64,000 nt of DNA from Leidyana gryllorum EB-2025a (lineage: Eukaryota > Protista > Apicomplexa): assembly GCA_048772705.1 (NCBI GenBank), contig JBLWGC010000036.1, forward strand, positions 62,001-126,000, given 5' to 3'. The stretch's first letter is position 1, and each line of letters begins with the position of its first letter. Under the pieces are notes generated by a model. That model was not told the origin of the DNA. It was given only the letters and a program-made list of their open reading frames with translations, and ran no database searches. Shown here piece after piece: positions 39,343 to 51,798 of this stretch. The position numbers were made by a program, and so were the translations under genes.

Positions 39343-42117
39343 CTAGCATAATCATCGTATCTACCCTGACCTTGGGGAGTTCTACCTCTCTGAGCAATGG
39401 TAAATGCGTTGGGGGCCCCAGACGGGCGTTTACGTATATTAGCTCTGGGGGCAACCATGTTGCTACCCCTGCCTGGACCAACAGGTTGCGACTGTCGGCT
39501 CGGGGGAGGTGTGACAGAAATTGATGCAGGAGGCCGCGTTGGTGGAAGACTTGTACGACTCACACCCGTTGGGACCGGGGAGGTGGTCACCCCTCTCGGC
39601 CTGGCAATTCCCACATTTAGGGTGCCGGGTGTCGGCGGGGGTACGTGGGTCAGAAAGTCGTTGTAGGGTGGCGGAACTGCAGTGACAGCAGGGGCAGCCG
39701 GTCCAGGGGGCGTAGCGGGAGAGTGCTGGGACGGTTGCGATGGTACATTACCCATACCGCCGGTGAGCCCCACAGTAGCGGCTGGCTTGGACGGGATGGG
39801 CGGAACGTGCTGTGACGGCGCGAGCGGGGCCGAGTTCATCATTCTTGGTGCTGCCCGCGGCAGGCGAGAGACGCCGGATGAAGGAGCAAAGTCTGGGAAG
39901 AGTGCTTCCCCAGGCTCCATGCTGGTGGTGCCGTCTCCGGTTGCGGTAGCTGTCCATGAATTGAATTGATCGGGTTGTTCCCTCTTCGCCATCTGAACCA
40001 AGCTGTCGGTTAACCGCTTGTTCAACTCCATATTTGCTGGTGGTGTCGTGTGGGGGAGAGTTTGACCTCTTCTGACCCTTACTGCTATGAAGACGTTGAT
40101 TATCGGCACGTGTGGCCGTTAGCACATCATTAGCGTCGGAAAGATCCTTCTCCAACTTGCGAACTTGCTCCTGTCGCTTCTCAAGAGCTATCTTTGCCTC
40201 ATTAAGCGCAGTTTTCGCCGTCTCGTGTTGTTCTGTCAGTTCGACCAACCTCGTTTCGGTTTCGACAAGCTTAGTTTGAGCCTCTTTTGCCTTGATCTTC
40301 CAGGCGTTGAGATGTCGGGTTCTCTCTTCGAGGGTTGTGAGAGTCTGATTACAAAGGTGAGAAGGCCATACAGCCCGCGTCGGTGATCGGCAGCTCACCC
40401 CTTCGACTGTCTTCTCGTCGCGCTCGTATTTCAAGAGCCGCTCTTTCAGCTCTGCTTTCTCGTCCAATAGCTCCGCCACTCTCTTGGTTGCTTCCTCTTC
40501 CCTCTTGGCCTATGTGGACAGCATGATGGCCGACCAGTACTCCAAGTCAAGCCCTCACCACAAGCAATAATGCGTCCTTCTCGGCCGACAACTTGGTGAT
40601 AGTCTCTGTGAGATCATTCTGCCGTGCTTCCCATTCACTTTGGTTGATGAGTAGCTTTTGCATCTCCGCGACTCGACGTCTCAACTCCATTCTGCCGATT
40701 GCCACGTCGCCCTCGCCCTCTTTACATTCCCCAATCAACACCCACCTTTCCTGCTCCGTCTCTTCCAGTCGGGCCTCCGCGTCGAGCTGCGCTTGACGGG
40801 CCGCTTCTTTGATTGTCTCACATTTCTGGTAGGCGGTGGCAAAGGTCAAAAGTACATTCCCGAACTTACTCTCATCGCATCTTTGATCTTCTGCTCTGCG
40901 TCTTGTTCTACTCGGAGCTGTTGAGTGCGACTGAAAGGGGGATTTGGCTCTGCATTCGTCGGTTTCCGGGCCTCTTACTGCTCCTCTTTCTGGGCTTCCA
41001 GCCGAGCTTCCAGTCGCTCGACATCGCCTCTCTGGTCCTCAGCCTCCCGCAGTAAAGAAGCAGCGTGGACCTCCAGAACCTTCGAGTAGCGTTGTCTGAG
41101 TACAATCTCTCCCGCCAAAAGGATGCGCAGTTGGCAGCATGAGAGACGCTGGAGTGTCAGCGATACATGAGTCAGAGATCTGAAGGCGGTGGTTTCAACA
41201 ATGCTCAAGACTCCGTGACCTTCATTAACTTTAAGAGTGACCAGGAACCGGGACTCGTCTTCATTCACTATGGACTCCGAATCCAGTGTGTCCGGAGACT
41301 CCTTGCCCACTGTTGTCAACAGGTCGACCACCCGCTTGGCGAATGCGGGGAATGAGACATGAAGGTTCTGTTCAGCTTTGATAGTTGCGAACATTGGCTC
41401 AGTACAGAGCAGCAGAAATGCGAAGGATCTGAGGCGCGCACAGGGATGATGCCAGACATCCATGTGCATGACTCACGGCTCGTTTTCTCCCATAACCAGC
41501 ATTCGCATTTCGGGCTCATTGGAGGGGGGCATTGTTGCGCCTCGCATCCATGGATGAAGACGTGCGGTTCCGTCGCCGATGCTGAATACTGCCCTCGAGG
41601 CGCGTTGTGGTTCATTCGGACCGTCAAAGATGACCAATGGCAGACTTTGCCGGAAGCTCCATTTGATTCGATAGCCCTTGAATACCCTTCGATTGAAATA
41701 TGAAAATGGGGAAGAGTAGGTGATGGTGGACAAGATGGGATCGTCGACTGACAAGTCTCGCAACTGATCTAAGAGGAGACCATCAAGAGCGTTGCCCTCC
41801 ATATCTCTCGCCTGGTCTCCTTGGATGATAGCTCGACACTCTTCGCAGCAACCAGCGACTCGCGTTGTGGGTACTAAGGTGGCGGAAGTGGCGTCGCCCG
41901 GGTTGGAGCGGGCGGAAGGCACGGCCTCCGATGGTTGGGAGGCCTGAGAATCATTAATCACAACAGGTGCTGTAGGGGGGGGTTGGGTGGCCGGAATCTG
42001 GAGGGGGCGGGATGGTGGGGCCTCGTAGAGCTGTGCATGTGTTGGAGGTACAGCGAACAGCGGAGCATATGAGTACAGGGAGTTGTAGGGCGTTGGTTGG
42101 GCTTGCAGTGGTTGCAT
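39339..42117 (-). CDS. SAS6: Centriole cartwheel protein SAS-6, multi-exon
   Basis: Head domain FATIKAEQNLHVSFPAFAKRVVDLL...LSIVETTAFRSLTHVSL, long coiled coil, Pro-rich tail. Confidence 0.8.
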
Positions 42118-42332
42118 GGCGATAGCACTAAGTTGCTACACTGACGTGGCGGCACCAATGACACGACGCAAGGTCGTGACACCAGCAAGAGGTTTGTCAA
42201 CTTTAATAAGGGATGGTAAAACGGCCTTAGGGGGGTTGGGGAAGCTGGCCTCTCTCAGGAAACCAGATGATCTGAATGAAGCATTATTGCTCGAGGATGG
42301 GGGAGGTGGGAAACGCTATCTACCCAATGAGC

Positions 42333-43447
42333 CTACTCCGCTGCCGGTGCCTCCCCCTCCCGTCGCTCTGATTGGGGCCTGTCGTGTAGTCTGTTGTGCC
42401 ACAGGCCCACATGTTGACCGAATGCACAGATCCAGATCATCATTGCTTTGGACAACGTCCGAAAGGACCTTGCAGATGAGCTCGTGTTGCTAAAAAGGCA
42501 GGTCAGCACTTTCCAGGGAGTGCATGGAGAAGCCCGGGGGGGTTCAGAGCTTCGACGTTGTGCGAGGGACTACCCTACCTGTATCAGTTCTTCCAGTGAG
42601 GGCCGCTCGATGAATTTTACGGACTTTGTACGGCACTCACCCACCATTTTGACAAAGGATGGCAAGGGGGGCAGTTCAGCAAGCGTGGTGTTCATCACGA
42701 GATGGCCGGCACCCGTCTGAGGCAACGCTCGAGTGATGGCAATGACTGCAAGGCGCTCATGAGCAGAGTCTCCGATGGAAATTATGTTCTTCCGTTCCTC
42801 TTTGGAATTCTCGAAATGACGATAGATCTCGTCGCGGAAAGCCAATTGCTGGTCACCGGAATCATGTTGGTCGTCTTGTGTTCTTACCCACCTTCCACAC
42901 GAAAGGGCATGACAGGTGCTCATTTTCGTACCGCGTGCGAGCTGATAATTGTCTGAAGGTTTTCAGAAAGGGATACAATGTAGGCATAAACTTCTTGCAC
43001 GATAATTCGATCCATCCGTCCTCTGCAAACACGACATTTCTACCGGCCCGTGAAGCAATTATTTGTGTGAGTGAAGAATTTGACTGTACCAGCATTGGTG
43101 ACCAGTATAACATGGCCGTATCGCCGTGCCAAGTCCAGAGTTTGCTGGCATAGATCCGCCATCCTCTTCAGGGGCTCCTTGGCTGATTCAGGAACCACAC
43201 ATTTCTCGTCGATTGTCAGCTCCTGCTGGCCTATCCAACTGCTGGGCAGGAGAGTATCGTCCCAATCGAAGATGAAGAGGGTACTGGTAGGCGGGTAATT
43301 GACTGTACTCGGAGGCGGACTGCCACCATCAGGCGTAGCAGTAGGTGACTCGGTTGACTTTGCGGGCACCACTGGGGAGGGTGATTCATCCGATGATGTG
43401 AAATCACCAGACGAAGCCCCAAAAGGTGAGGATTCGGAATTGCTCAT
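42333..43447 (-). CDS. HAD-superfamily hydrolase-like protein, multi-exon
   Basis: FIFDWDDTL (motif I), ILVTNA, NIISIGDSAHER, KSVKFIERP. Confidence 0.75.
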
Positions 43448-43500
43448 ATTGAGTGATCACCTGTCTGCTAACAGGTGCTGGGACTAGCCGTAAAAACATC

Positions 43501-44592
43501 TCAGTCCACCAAGAGAACCTGCATTTCGGGTTGATCGGTACTCTCCCTCTCTCGCAGAATGCCGATTTCATAAAGTGGTTGTTGATAAACGTTGGACAAT
43601 CCCTCGGGCGCCGCAACAATCAGCAGCGGCCCAGACGTTTGGGGATCTGTCAGTACGGCGATCTCAAAATCAGTCAGTTCCCTCCTGCAGCTGACCCTCG
43701 ATCCGACAGCCGCCCAGTTCCGTTTTGAGGCGCCTGTACGAATGTTTCGGTGCCATATGAGGTCTTCGAGTCCCTTGAGCAACGGGAGATCCCGGAAGTG
43801 GACCTCCGCAACCAGGCCCGACGCTGAGCAGACCTCTGTGAGATGTCCTGCTAGCCCGAAACCGGTGACGTCTGTCAGTCCGAGTACATTGTCGTCGTTT
43901 GCCAGCTTCTCGCCCAAGTCGTTAAGGGTCGTCATACTGTCCAGTGCATCCTGAAATTCACTGGCCGGTATACAGCCCTTCTTGTAAGCCAGAGCCTTGA
44001 CCCCAACTCCTAAAGCCTTGGTGAGGTAGAGAACGGAACCGGCGACAGCGTCTTTTCCATTGCGTTTGATCTGAACCCGTCATAGTTTGAACCACTCCAT
44101 TCCTCCACAAAACCTCACCTTCTTCAGTGGTACGATACCGTTCACGGCCAGGCCGAAGAAGGGTTCACTAGAAATGATGCTGTGACCCCCGCCCAGCGGG
44201 ATCTGTGCCTGTCGGCAGACGTGCAAGGCGCCGTCCAACACCTTTCCCGCTTCCTCAGTGGGCAAAACGTCGGGCGAAGGCCATCCCAGTATGCCGATTG
44301 CGAGGATAGGTTTGCCTCCCATGGCGTAGACATCGCTAATAGCATTACACGCGGCAATTCTGCCAAAGTCGAATGGATCATCCACAATAGGAGTAAAGAA
44401 GTCGGTGGTGGAGACGAGGCCTCGCTCGGAGTCGATAGCCACGACAGCGGCGTCATCGTTCTGAGTAGCACCCACAATCAAATTGGCATCGTATTGGTTG
44501 TGTTCCTTGACTTTGGCAAGAATATCACTCAAAGTGCCGGGGTCAATTTTACATCCGCACCCTCCATTGACGCATAACTCGGTGAGCTTCAT
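43501..44592 (-). CDS. selD: Selenophosphate synthetase, Cys form, bacterial type; one 48-nt intron (44071-44118)
   Basis: [74 protein letters not shown]. Confidence 0.96.
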
Positions 44593-44612
44593 CGCTCGGG
44601 TAACTTTTTTGT

Positions 44613-46239
44613 CTATCTGTACTGTTGTTTGAGTTCGAAGAAGCGGTTCACACTTCCGCCTTCCCCTGTTTCTTGGGTAACATCGCATATATCGCTGATG
44701 ACCTTCTTCACGATAAGGAAGCGCGAGTTTTTGGCAGTGACGCCCAATCCCTCGAGGAGGGACTATGATGAGGAAAGAGAGACATAGAGATATTACAGAT
44801 TGCCGTATCACTCACCCTGACTTGTAACTTGTTGTTGTTGGCATTCATGAGCGTTATTATACGCTCTTTGATCGCGAGTTCAGATTGAGCAGTTGGATCG
44901 GGTCGCCCTTGTTCCTCTTTGGGTTGATTCTTAGCAGGCGAGCCAGGAACACTACTGCCGCCAGGACTGCCATCATCCTCGTCCTACACGAAGGTTGACT
45001 CTGTGTCGTCCTCTGGGCAGCTAAACTCACCTCTTCATCAGAGAACTGGGCGAGTTCGTCATCAGCTTCAACTTCGCGCTGGTTTTCCAGCAAGCGCGTG
45101 AGATTCTGTTGTCGAGATCAATGCCGTTCTATAGTCTCTGCAGACTCACCTCGCCATAACCTGTGAGGACTTGCTCTTCTTTCTCCTCTTCGCTGTCTTC
45201 GACATCTTCTACGTCTTCTTCCACGGCTTCGTGATCGCTCATCACGGCCTGTTCCTCATCATCAGTTGCGATTCCGCCATCGTCGAAATCCCAATCCACT
45301 TCAGCTTTGCGCACTTCACCAAATGCCAAGGACGAGGCCGCCGTTTCACCGATATCGAGATCCTTCTGAGCTCTTTTCCGCCGTAGGATTTTCTTCAAGC
45401 GGAGCTTCTTTTGTCTGAAGCGGACGTGAGGCATCTTCCCAGCTCACCAACGGCGGTCCTTACTGGTTCACTGACATAGTGCTCTCAGCAGCCCCATACG
45501 ACGTGTCCTCGGCATCATTACGTCCACGCTTCTTGGAGCTCCGCATCATCTCTTCGTCTTCTTCATCCTCCATTTTCTTAGTTCTGTTCATCAACGCCAC
45601 TGTGGACGATACCAACGCGCTGTGTATGGCCTGGACTTACTGTCGGCTGCAGCCTCGCGCGCTAATCGCGCCCTTTGCTGCCTCTCCAAATCGGCAGCCT
45701 CTTGGGTGCCAACAGCCCGGAGGATGTCCAGATTGAAATTGAATGTGCTTTGTACCGGAACAATCTCGTAGTGTGATCCCTGTTACGTTACAGCGACTTG
45801 ACATTTACGACAACAACAGAGGAGCGGACTCACTCGATCAAAGAGGACAAAGTTCTGACTGCCTCTGTTGGCCGCCTCCTTCCGTCCAACCCATCGAGGA
45901 CCCTCACTTGAAATTAACATCAGCGTCGAGTTGGGGTCCGGTTGCTGGTGGTGTGAGTGATGAGAGGCGTTTTGTGAGTGATTTGTATAAGGGCGTGTGT
46001 CGGGTTCGGGCTCCTCGACCGGTTCCTGGCAATGAGAACATAATTCGGACGGAGCATACGCGTTGGCTCCTCACAGTATATGGTTGCAAAGTGAATGCAG
46101 ATGATTTGACCACTGCATCTTCAGCTGGGACCTTACATAATATCAACTCGCGAGGTTTGCCTTGTGTCGTGGAAGGTCCCAGGACGATAGGCTTGGAGCC
46201 TTTCTGTTGTAATCGCTGTAACTCAATAGGAACATTCAT
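44613..46239 (-). CDS. TFIIF subunit alpha (RAP74/Tfg1)-like, multi-exon
   Basis: Spliced reading [37 protein letters not shown], acidic [15 protein letters not shown], winged-helix-like C-terminus ending [10 protein letters not shown]. Confidence 0.6.
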
Positions 46240-46293
46240 TTTTGATTTTACACCTACTCATGTCTGGTGGAGAAAAGGTTCCGGTGCTACAGA

Positions 46294-46683
46294 ATGCGGT
46301 TTTGCCTACTTCTTCTGCCTATCACCCTTGCGGCTGTTCAACTTGAGGGCCAAGCTGGCCCGGCTGCGAGCGAGTTATGGACTATGATGATGCAGAGTGC
46401 GATCCAATCACTTCCGAGTCTCAGTGAGAAGTTGATCAGTACCGTCTTGGACGCTGGGCGCGAACTTGTCCATGCCTCGGCAACGAGTGATCGTGCCGCC
46501 CCCTCAGCAGCGGCAAGAGCGAAGGCTGCAGGCCTCGCAGCGCCTGCACTGCCATCCAAGTCGCTGCCTGTGCCAGTGGCAGACGAGGTCAACGTGGCAC
46601 CGCCCCCTACACACGATGGGCATGCTACGATAATCATCAATCTAAACAACCTTCCCCCATCGCCCCCCACGCTCTCAGAGTGA
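46294..46683 (+). CDS. Small putatively secreted Ala/Pro-rich protein
   Basis: Signal-like MRFCLLLLPITLAA; ORF fills the gap between two genes. Confidence 0.55.
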   Translation: MRFCLLLLPITLAAVQLEGQAGPAASELWTMMMQSAIQSLPSLSEKLISTVLDAGRELVHASATSDRAAPSAAARAKAAGLAAPALPSKSLPVPVADEVNVAPPPTHDGHATIIINLNNLPPSPPTLSE

Positions 46684-46751
46684 CATCGACTTTTTCTAAG
46701 GCGTTTTTTGTATTGAACTGGTGCAGGTCGAAGCGCGTTAGTAGCATAGAA

Positions 46752-47912
46752 ATGGGAAGCGCCCCATGCGAAGAACCAGTTGTGTGCCAAGTATGGAGGA
46801 GTAACCTCGGTAGGTCCCTGAAAGAGTCAAACCGTGAGACCCATCATAACAGAGGAGAGTTTCGACGCCATTCGGCTCGTAATTGACTATTACCCATATG
46901 TTGCTGTAAATGCCGAGTTCCCTGGAGTTGTGGCGCGCCCCATCACACACCACGAATACTATTATCAGACTGTCAAATGCAACATTGATATACTGAGTTT
47001 GGTGCAACTCGGACTATCGTTCGCTAATGGGCGAGGAGAACCGCCGCCAGGGACATCGACATGGCAATTCAATTTCGCCTTCAGTCTACAGAAAGATATA
47101 CACGCTCAAGATGTCATTGACCACTTGGCAGATCAGAAGGGAGTAGACTTTGCGGTCGCTGAGAACGAAGGTATCGAGGCTCACGTGTTCGCTGAGCTCT
47201 TGATCAGTTCGGGTCTGGTCATGAACGAAGATGTAAAATGGGTCTCTTACTTTGGCTCTTATGATTTAGGCTTCCTCTTGAAGGTGAGTGCGGCTATTGT
47301 TCACTTCTCTTCAATCTCACAAAATCCGGACAGATGCTCACTGGTATGAGCTTACCGAGCCGGTGTGACGTTTTCAAGGAGAAATTACTCGTCCACTTCC
47401 CGTGTCTCTACGATATAAAGTATATTCTGCGAACATGCAGAGATCCCCGAGTCAGCCCAGACTGGTCTCTATCGACGCTCTTTGAGTACCTGGGAGTGAG
47501 TGATTACGAATGCGCTGGCTTCATCTCAATGTAGCTGGGAACGATGCCCTGCAAGTGTCAAGCAGGCGTTTTAGCGTACGCCACCAACCAAGCCTTCTTT
47601 TTGGTGGTGGCCGAGCTCTTTAACAATAAACTCGACGATTCACGCTATTCTGGGGTCGTATATGGAATCGACGAGCAGTTTCTGCCTCCCATAGAACCAA
47701 CACCACCAGCCCCTCCAGCCACCCAACCGTCCACGGCACCCAAAGCGAGAGGGCGACTCAACTGGGAGCCAACAGAGACCGAGAGCAAACAGTATGCACG
47801 GTCATATGCAGAGAGACTACCACCAGGAATGCTGCGAGTCCGCCCAGCTCAAATGTCCAGCTTCCCGGCTCGCACTGAGTCCCAAGGTGCGCCCTCTGTG
47901 CAACCGGACTAG
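46752..47912 (+). CDS. CAF1: CAF1/POP2 (CNOT7/8) deadenylase-like, catalytic residues substituted
   Basis: VW..NL, EFPGVVARP, YQTVKCNID, QLGLS, TWQFNF, FAELLISSGLV, YDIKY. Confidence 0.88.
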
Positions 47913-48094
47913 CGAACGGCAATCACAATGGATGTAAAGGAATGGCCTGTCGAACAGAAGCGGTGAACAGTCAAGTTGTTCTCAGAAGAATAAGTTCGAG
48001 ATCGACGCAGCCAAATCGTCGGCATCTCAGTCTTAGTCTCAGTCTTCTGCTCAAAAAACAAACTAGCTTCAAACCTATATTAGAGGGTTCGCCG

Positions 48095-49658
48095 ATGTCA
48101 GCCCCGCCCAAGGTCCACCCTGCTGATGTCATTGTGCCAACGTTCGAGGTCTTTGAGTATCGCCATGTGCTTGGACTCCCCGAGAATGTTGTGACCGCCG
48201 AGGAGAAGGCAGCCGCCCAGGCTAAACTTCTCGAGGCCATCGACTCACAAAGTGAGCCACTATTTAATGTATCCCTTATATGATGTGTGTACACTAAGAC
48301 ATGGGGCCTTTATACATCGAGTGTTGCAAGAGCCTGAACTGGCACATAGACCAGGCGGTCGTCATGGTGAGCTTACAGAGACTCACACCAAATCTCTTTC
48401 ACTCAATAATAGAAATATGCGCAAGTGAACGCGCAAGTAGAGGAGAAGCTAAAGAGAGCTGTCGAGGACGCCAAAGAACAATACGGTGATGTCGAAGTGA
48501 AGGATGCAAAGCTCGAACTGGCTCATCACTTCTGTCGAATTGGCGACTGGGTGAGTGTCAAAACACGACATGTCAACTATTCCCGTTTCCCTCGTTAGAC
48601 GACTGCAATAGCTAAGTATAATGAGACTATGGAGGAGAAGGCGCTGGAGTCGGGAGGCAAAATTGACATCCTCCTGACCTTCGTCCGAATTGGGCTCTTC
48701 ACCAACAATCTCGCCATGGTCAAGGAGAATTTGGTCAAGGCGGAAAAGTAGGTCAAAGCTCACCAGTAGCACACTGCCCAGCAGACAATTCGAGGTCGGT
48801 GGAGATTGGGAACGGCGCAATCGTTTGCGAGTGTACAAGGCTGTGCATCTGGCCAGTAATGAAAGACGAATTGACGAAGCCGCAGAGCTACTCCTTTCGG
48901 GGCTGGCGACCTTCACTGCGACGGAGCTGATGAGTTTCAACCAATTTGTGACCCAAGCTGTACTGCTGGCAATGGTGAGCCTGGTTACTTGACTCCATCG
49001 GAGCTTCGCTTTAGTGCGGCTTATCTCGCCCCACCTTGATCGCTAAGGTCGCCAACTCCCCCGAAGTTTTGCAAGTCTTTGCTGAGGATCAAGTACTCCA
49101 AGGATTCTTCCTGTCTTTCATGAGTTGCAATTATAAAGCCTTCTTCCAGCATTTCAGTAAGAACATTGATCGGTGTACTTGCGTCACGAGTTGCAGCACG
49201 AGCTTGTGACAAGATTCGAAGAGACAGATATCTGCACATGCACTATCGCTACTTCGTCAGGAATATGCGGCTGGTAAGACATGATGAATTTGACCAGCCA
49301 CTACCATTCAGATTGCATTCCGACAATATCTGGAGCCGTTCAAATCTGTAACCTTACCGGCCATGACTGCAACTTTCGGTGTTTCTGAACAGTTCATTGA
49401 GGAGTAAGTGCAGGCCTCGATGACTCTCATTTGCTGGTCAGAGAAATTGTTTCATTCATCTCTTCGGGGAAGCTGAATTGCAAAATAGATCGGATAGCCA
49501 AGACGATCGAGTCGAGCAACTCTCAAACGAGGAATGAGCTATTCCAGCAAGTCGTCAGGAGTGTAAGTCGCGAACACGGTTGATTTAAAATTCTTCTACA
49601 ATAGGGCGATGCTCTGATCAATCGTATCCAGATGCTTTCCAGAGTCATAGATTTGTGA
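48095..49658 (+). CDS. RPN7: 26S proteasome lid subunit RPN7/PSMD6, multi-exon
   Basis: MGPLY, GGDWERRNRLRVY, TFTATEL, HYRYFVRNMR, GKLNCKIDR, GDALINRIQMLSRVI. Confidence 0.93.
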
Positions 49659-49748
49659 TATACCTGACCGTCCGCTTTAAGGGCCATCACTTCTTTCAAG
49701 TCGTAGACGTCTGTACACACACGTGTGCTGTTGTTTCTGTGTCCCCTA

Positions 49749-51342
49749 ATGCCGCCCAGAAGTGGTGCATGGGCCCACTGGGGGCGATCTGTTCATGGCA
49801 GGAAGCGCAAGCCACCAACTAACACAGACAAAGATGGACCAACACATGAAAATGGTGTATTGGATGCATTCTTATTTCGTGACGAGGGTCAACTATCCCT
49901 CCATGATCTGGCTTCTCATAGAGTCGCTTCATCTCCTCACCATTCAATGAGACCATCACGCGAATCCACGGGTCCGAGCGATCCCGTGACACCCGAAAAG
50001 GATTGGTCATCTTCCAGTCGTTCTTCCAACACAACAACCGCATCAGAACCAAGCTCAAAGAAGTCACGTTCTAGCCACAGTGCTGAGAGTGGAAAGTCCG
50101 GCGACAAAGAGGCTTTTCAACCCGCCTCACGGTACTACTCAGGACCTGCCCTCCCTCCCACCGAAGAAAACATGACCAAACCGCGACGCGCTAGACCCAA
50201 AGTGTTACACTCCCGACTATCGGCCAGTAGCACCGATGCAGAAGAGCCTCCGGAGATGTTAGCCAATGGAGCAGGAGAGGTTGGACGCAGGCGATTGAGT
50301 GCCGAAGTGTCGAAGATGAAGGATCTTATTGTAGGGGAAGTCAGTGAAGCACACATTCAGCAGATCTTGTCAATGCGTATCGACCGAAATCAAGTGAAGG
50401 TGACCGAGGCGGATATAGGGGGGTTGAAGGATGTTAAACGCCTGATTAAGAACAAGATAATAAGTCCGATCAAGCGGCCAGAGTTACATCAAGGGTTGTA
50501 CCGAGCGTCCAGAGGAATTCTGTTTTTCGGACCTCCAGGCACAGGTGGGTAAATGTGTTCTTTCTTCTAATTGCCGCAGGGAAAACAACTCTGGCCAAAT
50601 GGATTGCCTGCGAGAGTGGCGCAACTTTCTTTAACGTTTCAGCATCAAGTTTAATCAGCAAGTATCACGGGGAAACAGAGACACTGGTAGCTACCCTCTT
50701 TGTGGTGGCTCGACGACTTGCCCCATCTGTTTTATTCTTCGACGAGTTAGATGGACTGGCTGGTAGAAGACGGGAGAAGGAAGAAGATGCGACGCTCAGG
50801 ATGAAAAATCAATTGCTGCAGGCTATGGATGGCATCGAAACGGGTGATGCGGTAAGATCTTTGCTCTCCCTGCACAATGTCGATAGACGGTCATCGTGAT
50901 TGGCGCGACCAACCGGCCAGACAGCTTGGACGAAGCGGCCCTAAGGAGACTACCCAAGCGGGTGTACATCCCGCTGCCAGATTTGGAGGCACGGATGCAT
51001 CAGCTCCGGTATATCCTAGGTCGGCATGCAGCTTGCATTGGAAAATCAGACTCCCCGCACTTGCTACAAGATGATAGCGTCTTCCGTGCTGTCGCGGCGG
51101 AGCTTGAAGGGTACAATGGCAGTGATTTGGAGGCGTTGTGTGGGAAAGCTGCTGAGTTTGTTTACGAAGAAGTCATAGAATCCTATGGAGGAGATATCTC
51201 AGCAGTGCCAGGGCCAGAAGCATTCAGGCTCCCCAACGTTGACGATCTACTGAGAGCAAAGCCTTTTGTGGCACCATCTAGTCACCCCTCACTGTCAGGT
51301 GTAGATTTTGATCAGTGGTCAAAACGGCTAGGCTGTCAGTAG
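49749..51342 (+). CDS. Meiotic-clade AAA ATPase (fidgetin-like/spastin-like)
   Basis: DIGGL, GILFFGPPGTGKT (spliced), SASSLISKYHGE, LFFDELD, GATNRP..LDEA..RRL.KRVYIPLPD. Confidence 0.85.
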
Positions 51343-51769
51343 TTGCGCTTGCACATACTCTGTAGAAGCCATATGGTCTCAAGCGAGTGAGCCTTACTGC
51401 AGAAGAACGACCCTTGAATGGGCTGGGCCTGAGCCAGGAGAGGAAGCGGCCTCCACCAACATTCCCAATCTCTCGGCGTTTGGCAGTCAGGATAGCCCCT
51501 TCTTGAGAATAGTGATGATTGTACTACAGGAGGTGTGGGTTTCGAGTTGATTGTCCTTACGCGCATGAGGTATGCCACTGGGAGAGATGACAGTGCGATG
51601 CAAGCGAGATTCCAGTAGTAGAACTTGGCTCTATCCATTTCGGCAGCATTGAGCTGAAGCACGGAGGATCTGTGAGTATCAAGAATAGCTTTACCCGTCT
51701 GATTGATTTGCTCAGGGTGAAGTGCGGGACGGGGATGGTCCGCTCAACCTTGAATGTGAACTCTCCCAT
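51336..51769 (-). CDS. Small hypothetical single-TM protein, multi-exon
   Basis: Exons can be joined by canonical short introns; hydrophobic FYYWNLACIALSSLPVAYLM. The C-terminus is uncertain. Confidence 0.5.
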
Positions 51770-51798
51770 CTTAATCGCTTGAAATTTCGCGACGAAAT

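Noticed and set aside
44550-44575. SelD as a selenoprotein
   Set aside because: The active-site motif is GCGCK with Cys codons and no TGA
44593-44811. Signal-peptide-like N-terminal extension on SelD
   Set aside because: It corresponds to an intron and the last exon of the upstream TFIIF-alpha-like gene in another frame
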